Of a stretch of 64,000 nucleotides of DNA, positions 22,315 to 34,095 are shown piece after piece; the stretch's first letter is position 1; every line of letters begins with the position of its first letter. The position numbers and the translations under genes were made by a program. The stretch lies in the NCBI GenBank assembly GCA_963813785.1, contig CAWFAJ010000002.1, forward strand, positions 7,654 through 71,653, read 5' to 3'. The notes beneath the pieces were generated by a model. That model was not told where the DNA came from. It saw nothing but the letters and a program-made list of their open reading frames with translations, and did no database searches. This DNA comes from an uncultured delta proteobacterium. GTDB taxonomy: Bacteria; Desulfobacterota; Binatia; Binatales; Binataceae.

Positions 22315-23061
22315 TTGAAGATTCTAGTACCAATCAAGCGAGTTCCCGATCCCGCCACCACCATCCGCGTCCTCCCCGACGGCACCGGCATTGCCACCGA
22401 CAACGTGAAATGGGTCATCAACCCGTTTTGCGAAATCGCCATCGAAGAAGCGCTCCGCATCAAGGAGAAGCAGACCGGCGAGGTCGTCCTGGTCTCGGTC
22501 GGCCAGTCCACCTGGCAGGAGCAATTGCGCACCGGGCTGGCGATGGGCGCCGACCGCGCAATCCTGGTCAAGACCGACGCCGCGCTCGACTCGCTCGCAA
22601 TCGCGAGAATCCTCGCGAAAATTGCGGGCGACGAGAAGCCCGAGCTGATCATCCTGGGCAAGCAGGCGATCGACGACGACGCGAACCAGGTCGGGCAGAT
22701 GGTGGCCGAGCTGCTGGGATGGCCGCAGGCGACATTCGCATCCAAGGTTGAGATTGCGGCCGACAAGGTCTCGGTGGTGCGCGAGGTTGACGGCGGTCTG
22801 GAGACCATCGCGTTCAAAATCCCCGCCGTCATCACCGCCGATCTGCGCCTCAACGAGCCGCGCTATGCCTCGCTGCCGGGAATCATGAAGGCGCGTAAAA
22901 AAGAACTGAAAGAGATTGCGGCCGACAGCCTCGGCGTCGACCTCGCGCCGAAGCTCAAGATAAAGACTCTCGCCGCTCCACCCAAGCGCCAGGGCGGGCG
23001 CAAGGTCGCGTCGGCGCAGGAGATGGTGTCGCTGCTGCACACCGAAGCAAAAGTTATTTGA
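22315..23061 (+). CDS. etfB: electron-transfer flavoprotein beta subunit
   Basis: MKILVPIKRVPD...VSVGQ classic EtfB. Confidence 0.9.
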   Translation: MKILVPIKRVPDPATTIRVLPDGTGIATDNVKWVINPFCEIAIEEALRIKEKQTGEVVLVSVGQSTWQEQLRTGLAMGADRAILVKTDAALDSLAIARILAKIAGDEKPELIILGKQAIDDDANQVGQMVAELLGWPQATFASKVEIAADKVSVVREVDGGLETIAFKIPAVITADLRLNEPRYASLPGIMKARKKELKEIAADSLGVDLAPKLKIKTLAAPPKRQGGRKVASAQEMVSLLHTEAKVI

Positions 23062-23100
23062 TCGCGACTTTTACGATCGCGAACGCCGGAGTGAATTGAC

Positions 23101-24075
23101 ATGGGTGACGTTGTGATTTTCGCGGAGCATCAGGGGGGACATTTCCCCAAGGCCACGCTGACCGCCGTTCATGCGGGCCTCGAGCTGGCGAAAAAGCGCG
23201 GCGGCAAAGCTATCGCGGTCGTGGTGGGCGACGCGCCGGAGGCGGCCGCGGGCGAAATCGCCAAGTACGGCGTCGCCAAGGTGATCGCGCTGGCGCATCC
23301 CGCGTTGAAGAACTATCTCGCCGACGCACACGCGCAGGCGCTTGCCGCAATCGTGAAAAAGGAAGGCGCGGAATTTGTAATCGCGACGGCGACTGCGATG
23401 GGCAAGGACCTGTTTCCGCGGCTGGCCGCCCGCCTCGGCGCCGGGATGGCGTCGGAAATCACCGCCATCAACGACGACCAGACCTTCGTGCGCCCCACTT
23501 ACGCGGGCAACGTGATGGCGACGGTCGAGATCGACGGTCCGATCAAAGTATTGACGGTGCGCGGCACCGCCTTCGACGCCGCCAAGCCGGGCGACAGCGC
23601 CGCGCCGGTCGAAAAGCAAAATGCCGAGATCGACGCCGGCGCTCTCAAGATGGAATTTGTTTCGTTCAACGCGACCAAGAGCGATCGCCCGCAACTCACC
23701 GAGGCGCGCATAATCGTTTCGGGCGGACGCGGCCTCAAGGCCGGCGAAAACTTCAAGACCGTGCTCGAGCCGCTCGTCGACGAGCTCGGCGCCGCGATGG
23801 GCGCGTCGCGCGCGGCGGTCGATGCGGGCTTCGTGCCCAACGACCTGCAGGTTGGACAGACGGGCAAGGTGGTTGCGCCTGAACTTTACATCGCAGTGGG
23901 AATATCAGGCGCGATACAGCATCTGGCCGGGATGAAGGACTCGAAGATCATCTGCGCGATCAACAAGGACGAAGAGGCGCCGATTTTCGCGGTCGCCGAC
24001 TACGGCCTGGTCGCCGATCTGTTCAAAGCGGTGCCCGAGATGACCGAGGAAATCAAAAAGCTCAAGCATTCTTAG
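23101..24075 (+). CDS. etfA: electron-transfer flavoprotein alpha subunit
   Basis: FAD-binding C-terminal region (IVSGGRG...[34 protein letters not shown]). Confidence 0.9.
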   Translation: MGDVVIFAEHQGGHFPKATLTAVHAGLELAKKRGGKAIAVVVGDAPEAAAGEIAKYGVAKVIALAHPALKNYLADAHAQALAAIVKKEGAEFVIATATAMGKDLFPRLAARLGAGMASEITAINDDQTFVRPTYAGNVMATVEIDGPIKVLTVRGTAFDAAKPGDSAAPVEKQNAEIDAGALKMEFVSFNATKSDRPQLTEARIIVSGGRGLKAGENFKTVLEPLVDELGAAMGASRAAVDAGFVPNDLQVGQTGKVVAPELYIAVGISGAIQHLAGMKDSKIICAINKDEEAPIFAVADYGLVADLFKAVPEMTEEIKKLKHS

Positions 24076-24102
24076 TCCGCGCACGAGGCAAGAATCATTT
24101 CG

Positions 24103-25062
24103 ATGCCCGAACTGCAGCACAAATTCGTCAACAGCAACGGCATCCGCATGCACTACGTCGAGTCGGGCGCGGGTCCGCTGGTGATCCTGTGCCACGGATG
24201 GCCCGAATCCTGGTACTCGTGGCGCCATCAGATTCCGGCGCTCGCAGCCGCGGGCTTCCGCGTCGTCGCGCCCGACCAGCGCGGCTACGGGCAGACCGAC
24301 GCGCCCGAGCCGATCGAGTCGTACAACATATTCAACCTGGTCGGCGATATCGTCGGGCTGGTCAACAGCCTCGGCGTCGAGACGGCAGTGATTGTCGGCC
24401 ACGATTGGGGCGCGCCGGTGGCGTGGAACTCCGCGCTTCTGCGCCCCGACATCTTTCGCGCGATCGCACTGCTCAGCGTTCCTTATTTTCCGCGCTCTCC
24501 GATGCGTCCGACCGACGCGATGAAGGCCCTGGCCGGCGACCAGCATTTCTACCAGCTCTATTTCCAGGAGCCGGGCAAGGTCGAGAAGGAACTCGACGCC
24601 GATCCGCGCCGCTCGATGGCGATGATCCTCTATTCGGCGTCGGGCGATGCGCCGCGGACCGGCGAGTTCTCGTTCCTGTTCCCCAAGACGAAAAAGTTTA
24701 TCGAGACCGGCGTCGTGCCGGATAAACTGCCGCCGTGGCTGACGGAAGCCGACCTGGATTTTTTTGCCGGCGAGTTCAAGCGGGCTGGCTTTCGCGGCGG
24801 CGTCAACTGGTATCGCAACTTCGATCGCAACTGGGAGCTGACGCCCTTCCTCGACGGCGCCAAGCTGCGCCAGACCGCCGTGTTCGCCGCCGGTGAGCAT
24901 GACCTGGTAGGCAAAATGATCCCTGGCGGATACGCGATGGCGGGGGCGTTCACTCCGAATCTGAAAAAGAAAGTGATCATCCCCGGCGCCGGCCATTGGG
25001 TGCAGCAGGAACGTCCCAAAGAGATCAACGAGATCCTGATCGAGTTCTTGAAGAGTCTCTAA
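24103..25062 (+). CDS. alpha/beta-hydrolase, epoxide-hydrolase-like
   Basis: HGWPESWYSWRHQ motif, nucleophile elbow GHDWGA, and C-terminal His region. Confidence 0.8.
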   Translation: MPELQHKFVNSNGIRMHYVESGAGPLVILCHGWPESWYSWRHQIPALAAAGFRVVAPDQRGYGQTDAPEPIESYNIFNLVGDIVGLVNSLGVETAVIVGHDWGAPVAWNSALLRPDIFRAIALLSVPYFPRSPMRPTDAMKALAGDQHFYQLYFQEPGKVEKELDADPRRSMAMILYSASGDAPRTGEFSFLFPKTKKFIETGVVPDKLPPWLTEADLDFFAGEFKRAGFRGGVNWYRNFDRNWELTPFLDGAKLRQTAVFAAGEHDLVGKMIPGGYAMAGAFTPNLKKKVIIPGAGHWVQQERPKEINEILIEFLKSL

Positions 25063-25237
25063 CGGCGGGCAGCGTATTTTGATCCGGTTGATTCGCGGTT
25101 ATCGCGCGGATAGTTTCGATATATCCCTCACTGGAGAGACTGCAGGCGTGCGGAAGTAACTACTCCATAGTTCGGGTCTTCGGACAATCGCTCGCGCGGC
25201 GAGATCAGCGCGCGGGCATTTTTGTGGAGCAGTTACG

Positions 25238-26758
25238 ATGTTCGTGCGAGTATCAGGTCTCTCTTTTTCGTATACCGATTCCGTTTCCATTCTGACCGAC
25301 GTCACTCTCACGCTCGCGACGGGCTGGACGGGAGTGGTCGGGCCTAACGGCGCCGGCAAGACTACACTGGTCCGCCTTATCGCGGGCGACCTCGAGCCGG
25401 CGGCAGGCCATGTGCATCTCGATCCGCCCCGCGGCGTCATTCGAACGTGTGCGCAGACCGTCGAGCTGATGACGCAGGAAATTGCCGCATTTGCGCGCTC
25501 GACCGACGGCGTTGCGCGGCGAATCCATGGCGAGTTGCGCCTCGACGCTTCGTCACTGGCGCGATGGCCGACGTTGTCGCCGGGCGAGCGCAAGCGATGG
25601 CAGGTTGGCGCAGCGCTCGGCGCGGAGCCGGCGGTGCTGATGCTCGACGAACCGACCGACCATCTTGATGCGGAGGCGCGCGAGCTGCTGATCGCGGGCC
25701 TCGAACGCTTTGGCGGCGTCGGAATCGTTGTCTCGCACGATCGCGCGATCCTCGATCGTCTCACGAGCCACACCGTGCGCGTGCATGATGGCGCCGCACG
25801 CCTCTGGCGCAATTCCTACAGCGGCGCAAAGCGCGCGTGGGAGGCCGAGGAGCGCGAGCGTCACGCGGAATACGAGCGCCTGAAGCACCATCGCGAGAAC
25901 CTCGCGCGCCGGCTCGCCGACAAACGGCGCCTGGCAACGTCGGCCGAAGCGCAGTCAAACGCGGGCACCCGAAAACGCATGAAGTTCCGGGGTGACCATG
26001 ACGCCACCAGCGCGCGCGCGAAGGGCAAAGCCGAGATGGCCTCGCGCAGAATTTCCCGCGACGCGGCGGTGCTGCGTGCAAACGTTGACCGCGTCTCGGA
26101 AAAACTCGGCGAGTACAAATTTCGCAGGGCGAAGGGACGCTCGATTTTTGTCAATTTCACCCCCGCGCCGGTGGCCAAGGTTTTCACGCTCGACGAGGCC
26201 GCAATATTCGCGGGCGATGCGCGGCTGCTGGAAGACGTTCATCTCGCGGTGCTGCGAGACGCGAAAATTCGCGTCGCCGGCCCCAATGGAATCGGCAAGA
26301 GCACGCTGCTTGCCGCGATGATCCGCGGATCCCACGTCGCCGCCTCGCGCATTCTTTATCTCCCGCAGGAACTCACCGCGCGCGACGGTACCCTGATGCT
26401 CGACAAGGTCCGCGAGCTCAACGCCGACGAGCGCGGGCGCGTGCTCACGCTGGTCGCGGCGCTCGGCGTCGATCCCGACCACCTGCTCGAGTCCGCGGCA
26501 CCGTCGCCCGGCGAGGCGCGCAAGCTCGCGATGGCGTACGGGCTGGGGCGGCAGGTGTGGGCGATGGTGCTCGACGAGCCGACCAATTATCTGGACATGC
26601 CGGCAATCGAACGGCTGGAGGATGCGCTCGTCGAGTATCCAGGCGCGATGATGATCGTGACGCATGACGACACACTCGCGCGAAGGTGCGCATCGATCGA
26701 GTGGCGGCTCGACGCGGGAAGAGTAGAAGTGTCAGGAACCCTGGTTCCTGCACCTTGA
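25238..26758 (+). CDS. ABC-F-type double-NBD ATPase (no transmembrane domain)
   Basis: Two Walker A motifs (GPNGAGKTTL, GPNGIGKSTL), two degenerate signature motifs (LSPGERKR, PSPGEARK), and a coiled-coil/Arg-rich linker between the NBDs. Confidence 0.7.
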   Translation: MFVRVSGLSFSYTDSVSILTDVTLTLATGWTGVVGPNGAGKTTLVRLIAGDLEPAAGHVHLDPPRGVIRTCAQTVELMTQEIAAFARSTDGVARRIHGELRLDASSLARWPTLSPGERKRWQVGAALGAEPAVLMLDEPTDHLDAEARELLIAGLERFGGVGIVVSHDRAILDRLTSHTVRVHDGAARLWRNSYSGAKRAWEAEERERHAEYERLKHHRENLARRLADKRRLATSAEAQSNAGTRKRMKFRGDHDATSARAKGKAEMASRRISRDAAVLRANVDRVSEKLGEYKFRRAKGRSIFVNFTPAPVAKVFTLDEAAIFAGDARLLEDVHLAVLRDAKIRVAGPNGIGKSTLLAAMIRGSHVAASRILYLPQELTARDGTLMLDKVRELNADERGRVLTLVAALGVDPDHLLESAAPSPGEARKLAMAYGLGRQVWAMVLDEPTNYLDMPAIERLEDALVEYPGAMMIVTHDDTLARRCASIEWRLDAGRVEVSGTLVPAP

Positions 26759-26775
26759 GACGTCGCGAAAGTGCC

Positions 26776-26803
26776 GACGGCGGGCCCGTAAGGGCCCGCC
26801 GTC
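26776..26803. terminator. bidirectional hairpin between the convergent ABC-F and secreted-protein genes
   Basis: GACGGCGGGCCC-gtaa-GGGCCCGCCGTC, a perfect 12-bp stem. Confidence 0.6.
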
Positions 26804-26914
26804 CCGATCCGGAGTTATAGGTTCCAACTCACATTTAGTTCTGGCAGGTCACCGGACTCGAGGTATCCCCGACCAACTGGCAAGCCATGCTGCATCTAGG
26901 CGGACTCATTTTAG

Positions 26915-28102
26915 TCACAGTACTGGCCCTAGTGGCGAGCCTGGTGCCGGAGGCACGGCTAGAAAGGTGCAAGTCGACATTTCGCCTGGTGGAATGAATG
27001 GTAACTCTGTTTCAGTAAGTCCGGTCACCGTGGCATAGGCGTTCTGATCGGAGCTGCCCCAGGCCACCTGGCTGGATTCGAATCCGGCGCCGGCGTTCGC
27101 CGCATTGGTGCATCTCGGGTCGGTGGGAGAGTTGGTGATGCTGGTCCAGAGGTTGCTGGTACCGTCTGCGAATGCGGCGGGGCCATCATAAGGATCAAGA
27201 ATCGCCGTGAAGTTGCAGGCCGTGTTGTTGGACGGAGGTACCGGGACCCCGGGGGTAACCTGGAGGTTATCATTGCTATTGAAGCTGAGGATTCCGGTGG
27301 CTGGGCCGCTCAGGGGGATTTGCACCGACCCAACAGCCGTGCCGTAGCCTCCCGTGACTCCGCCGGAGAGCTCATTTTCGATGTAGGCGATGACGTCGTC
27401 TTCGTTGGCGCTGTACCCATTGCAAATGATTCCAAAACTGCCGAAATACGGTGGGCGGCCAAAGGTGGTAGGTATCCCGTGGGGACCTGGCGACTGCTGC
27501 TGCATCGTCAAAGTGAGAACCGGTGCAGTCGGTGATGGGACCGTGTTGCCGACCAGCGTGGAGTCGCCGGCCGTCTCATGGATAGTGAATGCGAATGGCA
27601 TACTGCCCGTGAGGGTGGGGCCAAGGGTTAAGTCGTAGTAGTTGAAGTTGGCAGTGAATTTCAGTAGCGCCATCCCCGGCGGCTCTCCCGCGGTCGTGAC
27701 ACTTGCAGCGGTGAAGTGGTTGCCACCGTCGAAGCACGGCAGAGCTCCTGTTATCACCGATTGTGCCGAGTAGCAGGTAGCGGGGGCGCCAGTGACGCCG
27801 ACGCCAGTCTCGAGGAATTGGATGTCGCCGTCGTTGTAGATCAATTCGCCGCTGATCTTACTACAGCCTGCGGAGAACTGGAGGACGCCAACGCCAACGA
27901 TGGCGGTGAGCGCCCCGTTGTATCCCCCCGGCGGGGCTAGCCCCCCCGATCCACTCGCTGGAAGGAGGCTGGGTTCGGCTCCCTGCATCAGCATCGCGTA
28001 GTTGTGTCCGCAAAAGCCGGGTGGCGTGGCCGCACTCGCAATGGGCGCCATCATGAGTGCCAGGCCACCAGCCAGGATTAGAAACAGAAGCTGCCTTTTC
28101 AT
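26915..28102 (-). CDS. hypothetical secreted Gly/Thr/Pro-rich protein
   Basis: Clear signal peptide (MKRQLLFLILAGGLALMMAPIASAA). Low-complexity but cysteine-containing mature region. No recognisable domain. Confidence 0.5.
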   Translation of the reverse strand: MKRQLLFLILAGGLALMMAPIASAATPPGFCGHNYAMLMQGAEPSLLPASGSGGLAPPGGYNGALTAIVGVGVLQFSAGCSKISGELIYNDGDIQFLETGVGVTGAPATCYSAQSVITGALPCFDGGNHFTAASVTTAGEPPGMALLKFTANFNYYDLTLGPTLTGSMPFAFTIHETAGDSTLVGNTVPSPTAPVLTLTMQQQSPGPHGIPTTFGRPPYFGSFGIICNGYSANEDDVIAYIENELSGGVTGGYGTAVGSVQIPLSGPATGILSFNSNDNLQVTPGVPVPPSNNTACNFTAILDPYDGPAAFADGTSNLWTSITNSPTDPRCTNAANAGAGFESSQVAWGSSDQNAYATVTGLTETELPFIPPGEMSTCTFLAVPPAPGSPLGPVL

Positions 28103-28479
28103 ACATCCTCCCTAATCTAACCGTCGATGCCGAACTAATTTCCTATAGCTTCCCACCACTGAGATTCAGGGCTTATCTCGAACCGAAGGAAAACCTCCTC
28201 TCTGGCGGCGCGCGGCCACAGACGGAGCGGGCGCGGCACCGAAATCTGCTCGTTTGCGGACGATTAGCCTCCCGGTCGATACTCGCGATCGGTCGATCGG
28301 TGAAATCAGGCACGCTCGCTGCTCAATCTACCTACCGACCGGTAGCTTCGACGACGCATAATAGTTACGGTTCCGGCGAAGGTCAAATGCTCCGCGAACT
28401 TGATGCGTTGAAGGCTGCCCTGGCGTCGATAGGCGCCGTCCGCGGCGAGAGCGAACGGCGCCGCACGCGTGAGCAAATT

Positions 28480-29138
28480 TCAGCTAGGGCTCAAGAGTAT
28501 CTCCATCCGGCGCAGCACTTGACTTCGAATAACCGCGATACTGTCGGGCGAGAACACCTCGATGCCAGTGCAGGCTTCGACCACCGGCGCAAAGGAGTAC
28601 GCGAGGATCGGCATTGCAAGTGCGATAAGCGTCAGACTTATAGGACCTTCGCCATCGCGGATGATCCCCATCTCGGCGCCGCGGATCACCAGTTGAGCCA
28701 TCTCGATCACCAGCGGCTTGATGAACACCTCGGATGAGCCGCGCACGCTGGCCGGGTCTTCAAGCACGCGATGCATCAATAGGCGCGCGTGGTTCGGATG
28801 GCTCGCGATGAAATCGTGCAGGCGCAAGATGATCGCGAGCATGTGTTCCTTTGGATTCTCGATTGCGGCGGTCTCGCTCCTGATGGAGACGAGCTGATCA
28901 AAAATTCGCCGGACGACCGCGTCGAAAATCGTGCGCTTGCTGTCGAAGTGATGGAACAGCGACGCCTTGCGAATGCCGGTGCGGCGGGCGATCACCTCCA
29001 GCGAGGTGCCGTTGTATCCGCGGTTGGCGAACTCTTGCTCGGCGACGGCGAGAATCTGTTCATAGGTGTCGGAGATCGCGTGAGTCACGCGCCGGGTGCG
29101 CACGCCCTTTAGTTTGCTCTTGCGTAATTGCCTGGGCA
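28480..29138 (-). CDS. TetR/AcrR family transcriptional regulator
   Basis: Start set at MPRQLRK (29138). HTH motif ILAVAEQEFANRGYNGTSLEVIARRTGIRKASLFHHFDSKRTIF. Confidence 0.75.
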
Positions 29139-29360
29139 TGTTCGCTGTTGTTGGGTTTCCTCGGGGGCGCAATATCAGACTGCCGTTGCGGGCTCGGCAA
29201 GGGTCTGGGTGATTCGATTCAGACCGCCTACCGGCCGCTTGGTAGGGAGAATAACGATCGTTCACCTTAGTGTAAACGACATTCGAGTCCACCCTATGCG
29301 GTTTCGGCGCAACTCCCTCGCAGCCGCGTCTCATGCTGAAATGACGGGCGAGGTAAGTCG

Positions 29361-30551
29361 TTAGGCGATCGTCCCGGAGGTGCGCAGGCGCTTGAGATCA
29401 TCGGGCGTGTAGCCGTGCGCGGCGAGGACTTCGTCGGTGTGCTCGCCAGCCAGCGGCGGGCGCGTGACCTTGCCCGGCGTCGCCTCGAGCTTGGCGGCCA
29501 GCCCGGTCGTCAGGTACTCGCCGAGTTCGGGATGCGGCATCCTGAGCAGCATCTCGCGGGCTGCGGTCTGCGGATGCTTGAACATTTCCTCGACGGTGAG
29601 TATCGGGCCCGACGGGATGCCTTCGCGGTTGAACAATTGGATCCAATGCTCCGCGCGATGCGGGGCGAGCGCGCGATTTATTTCCAAGGTCAACGCCGCG
29701 CGATTTTTCAGCCGCCCGCCGCTGCTCTTGAATCGATCGTCGGCGGCGAGTTCCGGCCGTCCAATTGCGGCGACGAGGTTTTGCCACATCGTCTCGTTCC
29801 CGCATGCGATGTTGAACGGCCGATCCGATGCCTCGAACGTGCCGTAGGGCGACACCAGCGGATGATGGTTGCCGGCGGGCGCAGGAGTCTTTCCGGTTTC
29901 GAAATAAATTCCCGCCGACCAGGTCAGGATGCTGACGATGGATTCGAGCAGCGAAGTCTCGACGCGCTGGCCGCGACCGTCGCGATGGCGCGCCTCGAGT
30001 GCGAGCAGGATGCCTTGCGCGGAAAAAATTCCGCCGAGCAGATCGCAGATGGCGATGCCGACGCGGGTCGGCCCGCTCTCGACGGTTCCCGTCACGCTCA
30101 TCAGTCCCGACATCCCCTGCGCTATCTGATCGAAGCCGGGGAAATCGCGCAGCGGCCCGGTCGAACCGAAGCCCGAGATCGAGCAGGTGATGATGCGCGG
30201 ATTGCGAATCGCAAGCGTTGCGTAGTCCAGCTCGAGCGCTTGCATCACGCCGGGCCGGAAGTTGTCCACGACCACGTCGGCGGCGTCGATCAGGCGCATC
30301 AGGATTTCGCGCCCCTCGGGCTTTTTGATGGCGACTCTTAAACTTTTCTTGGATCGATTGGCGGAGAGAAAGAAGTAGTTGTCGGGACCCTTGCTGGCGC
30401 CCAGCTCGCCGCGCGGATTTTCGACCGGTTCGATCTTGAGAATCTCGGCGCCGTAATCGCCGAGGATTTGCGTGCAGAACGGACCGGCGAAATACCTCGT
30501 CAGATCGACGACCTTTATTCCCGCCAAGGGCGGCGGCTGCTGTTCGGCCAT
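29361..30551 (-). CDS. CoA-transferase family III (CaiB/BaiF-like)
   Basis: KVVDLTRYFAGPFCTQILGDYGAEILKIE N-terminal signature and conserved Asp region. Confidence 0.85.
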   Translation of the reverse strand: MAEQQPPPLAGIKVVDLTRYFAGPFCTQILGDYGAEILKIEPVENPRGELGASKGPDNYFFLSANRSKKSLRVAIKKPEGREILMRLIDAADVVVDNFRPGVMQALELDYATLAIRNPRIITCSISGFGSTGPLRDFPGFDQIAQGMSGLMSVTGTVESGPTRVGIAICDLLGGIFSAQGILLALEARHRDGRGQRVETSLLESIVSILTWSAGIYFETGKTPAPAGNHHPLVSPYGTFEASDRPFNIACGNETMWQNLVAAIGRPELAADDRFKSSGGRLKNRAALTLEINRALAPHRAEHWIQLFNREGIPSGPILTVEEMFKHPQTAAREMLLRMPHPELGEYLTTGLAAKLEATPGKVTRPPLAGEHTDEVLAAHGYTPDDLKRLRTSGTIA

Positions 30552-30678
30552 GGCGGTAACCCTACTCGAAACTTCCGCGGCGGAGCTACGTCTAAGAAGC
30601 GATGGTCCACTTTTCGTTTTCGTTTTCCGTTTCCCGTTGGAAAGCGATTAGCAACGGGATAATAATTGAGCACCACCC

Positions 30679-31905
30679 ATGAAATTGTCCAGCATGAAAA
30701 ATAGCGCGTGGATGCTCGCGATCGCCGTGATCATCGTAGTCGCAGGCGTTTGGTATTTCCTTGGCGGGAGTTCGTCCGGGACAAGAATTGTTACGGCCAA
30801 GGTCACAGCAGGGCCGATCGTGCGGTCGGTCACGGCGACTGGAACGGTCAATCCGGTCATCACGGTGCAGCTCGGCACCTATGTGTCGGGACCGATCATC
30901 GCAATTTATAGAGACTACAATGCGGCTGTGAAAAAAGGCGAGCTGATCGCGAAAATTGACCCGAGCAGCTACCAGGTGACGGTCGATATTGCGCGTGCGA
31001 CGCTGGCGAACTCGATAGCGCAACTTGGCAAGGATACCGCCGACCTCAACTACAAGAAAGTCACCTACGGTCGCAACTTGGCGCTGTACAAGGCGGACTC
31101 GGTCTCGAAGGACACGCTGGATTCGTCGTACAGCGCATGGCAGATGGATGTCGCGCAGATCAAGCTCGATCACGCCAATATCCAGCAGCAAACGGCCAAC
31201 GTGAAAGCGGCCGAGGTCAACCTGAATTACACCAATATCGTGTCGCCGGTTGACGGCACGGTGGTCTCGCGCAACGTGGACGTGGGACAGACCGTGGCGG
31301 CGAGCTTTCAGACGCCGACGCTGTTTCTGATCGCGAAGGACCTGACCAAGATGCAGGTGGACTCCAACGTCAGCGAGTCCGATATCGGCTACGTGCAGCA
31401 GGGACAGAAGGCGACGTTTCGAGTGGACGCGTTTCCCGACCGCGATTTCGACGGCGTGGTTGCCCAGGTTCGGCAGGCGCCGATCACGGTTCAGAACGTG
31501 GTGACCTACGACGTGGTGGTGAGCGTGGAAAATCCCGAGCTGCTGCTCAAGCCCGGGATGACGGCGAATGTGACTATCGTGACCGCGTCAAAAGCCAACG
31601 CCGTGCGCGTTCCGGTCGACGCGCTGCGCTTTGCGCCGCCCGGAGAACCGCCGGCGGATTCCGCGGCGCTCGATGGAACGCCGGGCCGCCAGACTCGAGT
31701 CTGGGTTCTCGACAATGGCAAAGTCACACCGGTCACGATCACCACCGGGCTGAGCGACGGAACCTGGGTCGAAGTCGCCGAGGGCGACGTGCACGCGGGC
31801 GAACGCGTGGTGACCGACGAAGTTCGCAGCGCGGGATCGCATGGCGGAGGATCGGGGTCGCACAGCGGCAGCCCTATGACCGGAATGGTGCACATGCCCC
31901 ACTAG
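30679..31905 (+). CDS. macA: periplasmic adaptor (membrane-fusion protein) of a MacAB-type ABC exporter
   Basis: N-terminal TM anchor, coiled-coil/lipoyl/beta-barrel order (HlyD-family); immediately upstream of macB. Confidence 0.8.
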   Translation: MKLSSMKNSAWMLAIAVIIVVAGVWYFLGGSSSGTRIVTAKVTAGPIVRSVTATGTVNPVITVQLGTYVSGPIIAIYRDYNAAVKKGELIAKIDPSSYQVTVDIARATLANSIAQLGKDTADLNYKKVTYGRNLALYKADSVSKDTLDSSYSAWQMDVAQIKLDHANIQQQTANVKAAEVNLNYTNIVSPVDGTVVSRNVDVGQTVAASFQTPTLFLIAKDLTKMQVDSNVSESDIGYVQQGQKATFRVDAFPDRDFDGVVAQVRQAPITVQNVVTYDVVVSVENPELLLKPGMTANVTIVTASKANAVRVPVDALRFAPPGEPPADSAALDGTPGRQTRVWVLDNGKVTPVTITTGLSDGTWVEVAEGDVHAGERVVTDEVRSAGSHGGGSGSHSGSPMTGMVHMPH

Positions 31906-31920
31906 GCGCGCCGTTATCCG

Positions 31921-34062
31921 ATGAAAAGCGTGATTGAATTGGTCGATTTGACCAAGACCTACGTGCTCGGCGAGGTCGAGGTTAACGCGCTGCGCGGCGT
32001 CAACCTGAAGATCGAGCGGGGCGAGTTCGTCGCGGTGATGGGGTCGTCGGGCTCGGGCAAATCAACCCTGATGAACATGCTGGGATGCCTGGACCGGCCC
32101 ACCAGCGGACGCTACATGCTCGAGGGCGAGGATGTCGCGCGGCTGAACGAGTCGGAGTTGGCGACGATTCGCAGCCGTCGAGTCGGGTTCGTCTTCCAGA
32201 ACTTCAACCTGCTGTCGCGAACCTCGGCGCTGGAGAACGTCGAGTTGCCGCTGTTCTATTCAGCGTGGACTTCGGACGGAGAGAGTCGCGCCACTGAACT
32301 GGTGAAACTGGTCGGGCTGGCGGGCCGCGAGCAGAGCCATCCCAATCAACTCTCGGGCGGGCAGCAGCAACGCGTGGCGATCGCGCGCGCGCTGGTCAAT
32401 CGCCCGTCGATCCTGCTAGCCGACGAGCCCACCGGCAATCTCGACTCGACCAACTCGGCCGAGATAATGGAGGTGCTCAGCAAGCTCAATCGCGAACAGG
32501 ACCTGACGGTGATCGTGGTGACGCACGATCCGGATGTGGCGGCTTACGCGGACCGGACCGTCACGTTCCGCGACGGCGTGATCATCTCGGATACGCGAAA
32601 AGACGGCGCCGGCGCGCGTGCTGGCGCCGGCGGCAACGCGGCTGCGCCGGCCACAGTGGCGGAGGATCAAGCGGCGTCGCTGGTGGACGAGGTGTGGACG
32701 TTTGGCAGCATGGCGATGGTGGCGGCGGGTCGCGCGATCAAGCGCAACAAGCTGCGCGCAGCGCTCACGATGCTGGGCATTTTCATCGGCGTCGCGGCAG
32801 TGATCACGATGGTGGCGGTGGGCGACGGGGCGCGATCGTCGGTCGAGGCGCAAATCAACAGCCTCGGCACCAACCTGCTGATAGTGGTGCCGGGCGCGAC
32901 GACCGCCAACGGCGCACGCGCGGGGCTGGGCAGCAATTCCACCCTTACGGTCGGCGATGCGCAGGCGCTTGCGCATAGCGGAGGCGCGGTCGCGCTGGTG
33001 ACGTACATGGATCGGCAGGTAGCGCAGGTGGTCTCGGGAAATCGCAACTGGAGCACCAACATCCAGGGGACGACGCCGAGTTATTTTGCGATCCGAGACT
33101 GGCCGCCATCGATCGGACGCATCTTCACCGACGCGGAAGAAAAGGCGGGCGCGCCAGTATGCCTGCTCGGACAGACGGTGGTGAACAATCTGTTCGGCGA
33201 GGGACAGAATCCGGTCGGCGCGACCATCAGGGTGAAAAACTCCCCGATGAAAGTAATCGGCGTGCTCAGCCTCAAGGGACAGTCGAGTTACGGACAGGAC
33301 CAGGACGACGTGGTAATCGTCCCGTTCAACACCGCCGAGCGCAAAGTGCTGGGCGTGTCGGCACCGTCGGCAGCAGCGTCGTCCGCGGCGGTCGCCACGG
33401 CGAGTTCGACCAACCCTTACGCGTCGGTGCCGACGACCAATTCGGTTTACAGCTCGACCACCGAATCGACCAGCCCCTTCGGCAGTGCGCCAAAAATCGC
33501 CGGCATCGTTAATGTGATGTTTATCAAGGCGAGCGGTTCCGACCAGATGGACAACGCGGTTACGCAAATCACGCGCATGTTGCACGAGCGCCATCACATC
33601 CAGCCCAAACAGGACGACGACTTCACGGTGCGCGATCTAAGCGAAATAGCGGCGGCGTCCGAGGGCGCCACGCAGGTGATGACGATGTTGCTTTTAGCAG
33701 TGGCGTCGATTTCGCTGCTGGTGGGCGGAATCGGAATCATGAACATCATGTTCGTGTCGGTGACCGAGCGCACGCGCGAGATAGGAATTCGCATGGCGGT
33801 CGGCGCGCGCCGCATCCACATCATGCTGCAGTTCCTGGTCGAGGCGATGCTGCTATCGGCGATGGGCGGGCTGGCGGGGGTGATCCTGGGAATACTCGTG
33901 TCGAAGCTGATTTCAGCGCTGGCGGACTGGCCGACGGTGGTTTCGCCGACGGCGGTGGTGGGCGGTTTCGTCTTTTCGGCGGCAGTGGGAGTTTTCTTTG
34001 GCTATTACCCGGCGCGCAAAGCGAGTCTGCTACATCCGATCGAAGCTCTGCGCTACGAATAG
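31921..34062 (+). CDS. macB: MacB-type ABC transporter, fused ATPase plus FtsX-like permease
   Basis: Walker [10 protein letters not shown], signature [15 protein letters not shown], Walker [12 protein letters not shown]. Then a MacB periplasmic domain and four C-terminal TM helices. Confidence 0.85.
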   Translation: MKSVIELVDLTKTYVLGEVEVNALRGVNLKIERGEFVAVMGSSGSGKSTLMNMLGCLDRPTSGRYMLEGEDVARLNESELATIRSRRVGFVFQNFNLLSRTSALENVELPLFYSAWTSDGESRATELVKLVGLAGREQSHPNQLSGGQQQRVAIARALVNRPSILLADEPTGNLDSTNSAEIMEVLSKLNREQDLTVIVVTHDPDVAAYADRTVTFRDGVIISDTRKDGAGARAGAGGNAAAPATVAEDQAASLVDEVWTFGSMAMVAAGRAIKRNKLRAALTMLGIFIGVAAVITMVAVGDGARSSVEAQINSLGTNLLIVVPGATTANGARAGLGSNSTLTVGDAQALAHSGGAVALVTYMDRQVAQVVSGNRNWSTNIQGTTPSYFAIRDWPPSIGRIFTDAEEKAGAPVCLLGQTVVNNLFGEGQNPVGATIRVKNSPMKVIGVLSLKGQSSYGQDQDDVVIVPFNTAERKVLGVSAPSAAASSAAVATASSTNPYASVPTTNSVYSSTTESTSPFGSAPKIAGIVNVMFIKASGSDQMDNAVTQITRMLHERHHIQPKQDDDFTVRDLSEIAAASEGATQVMTMLLLAVASISLLVGGIGIMNIMFVSVTERTREIGIRMAVGARRIHIMLQFLVEAMLLSAMGGLAGVILGILVSKLISALADWPTVVSPTAVVGGFVFSAAVGVFFGYYPARKASLLHPIEALRYE

Positions 34063-34095
34063 TTCAGAAGCGATCACGGTTTCGGGCATTACCCC

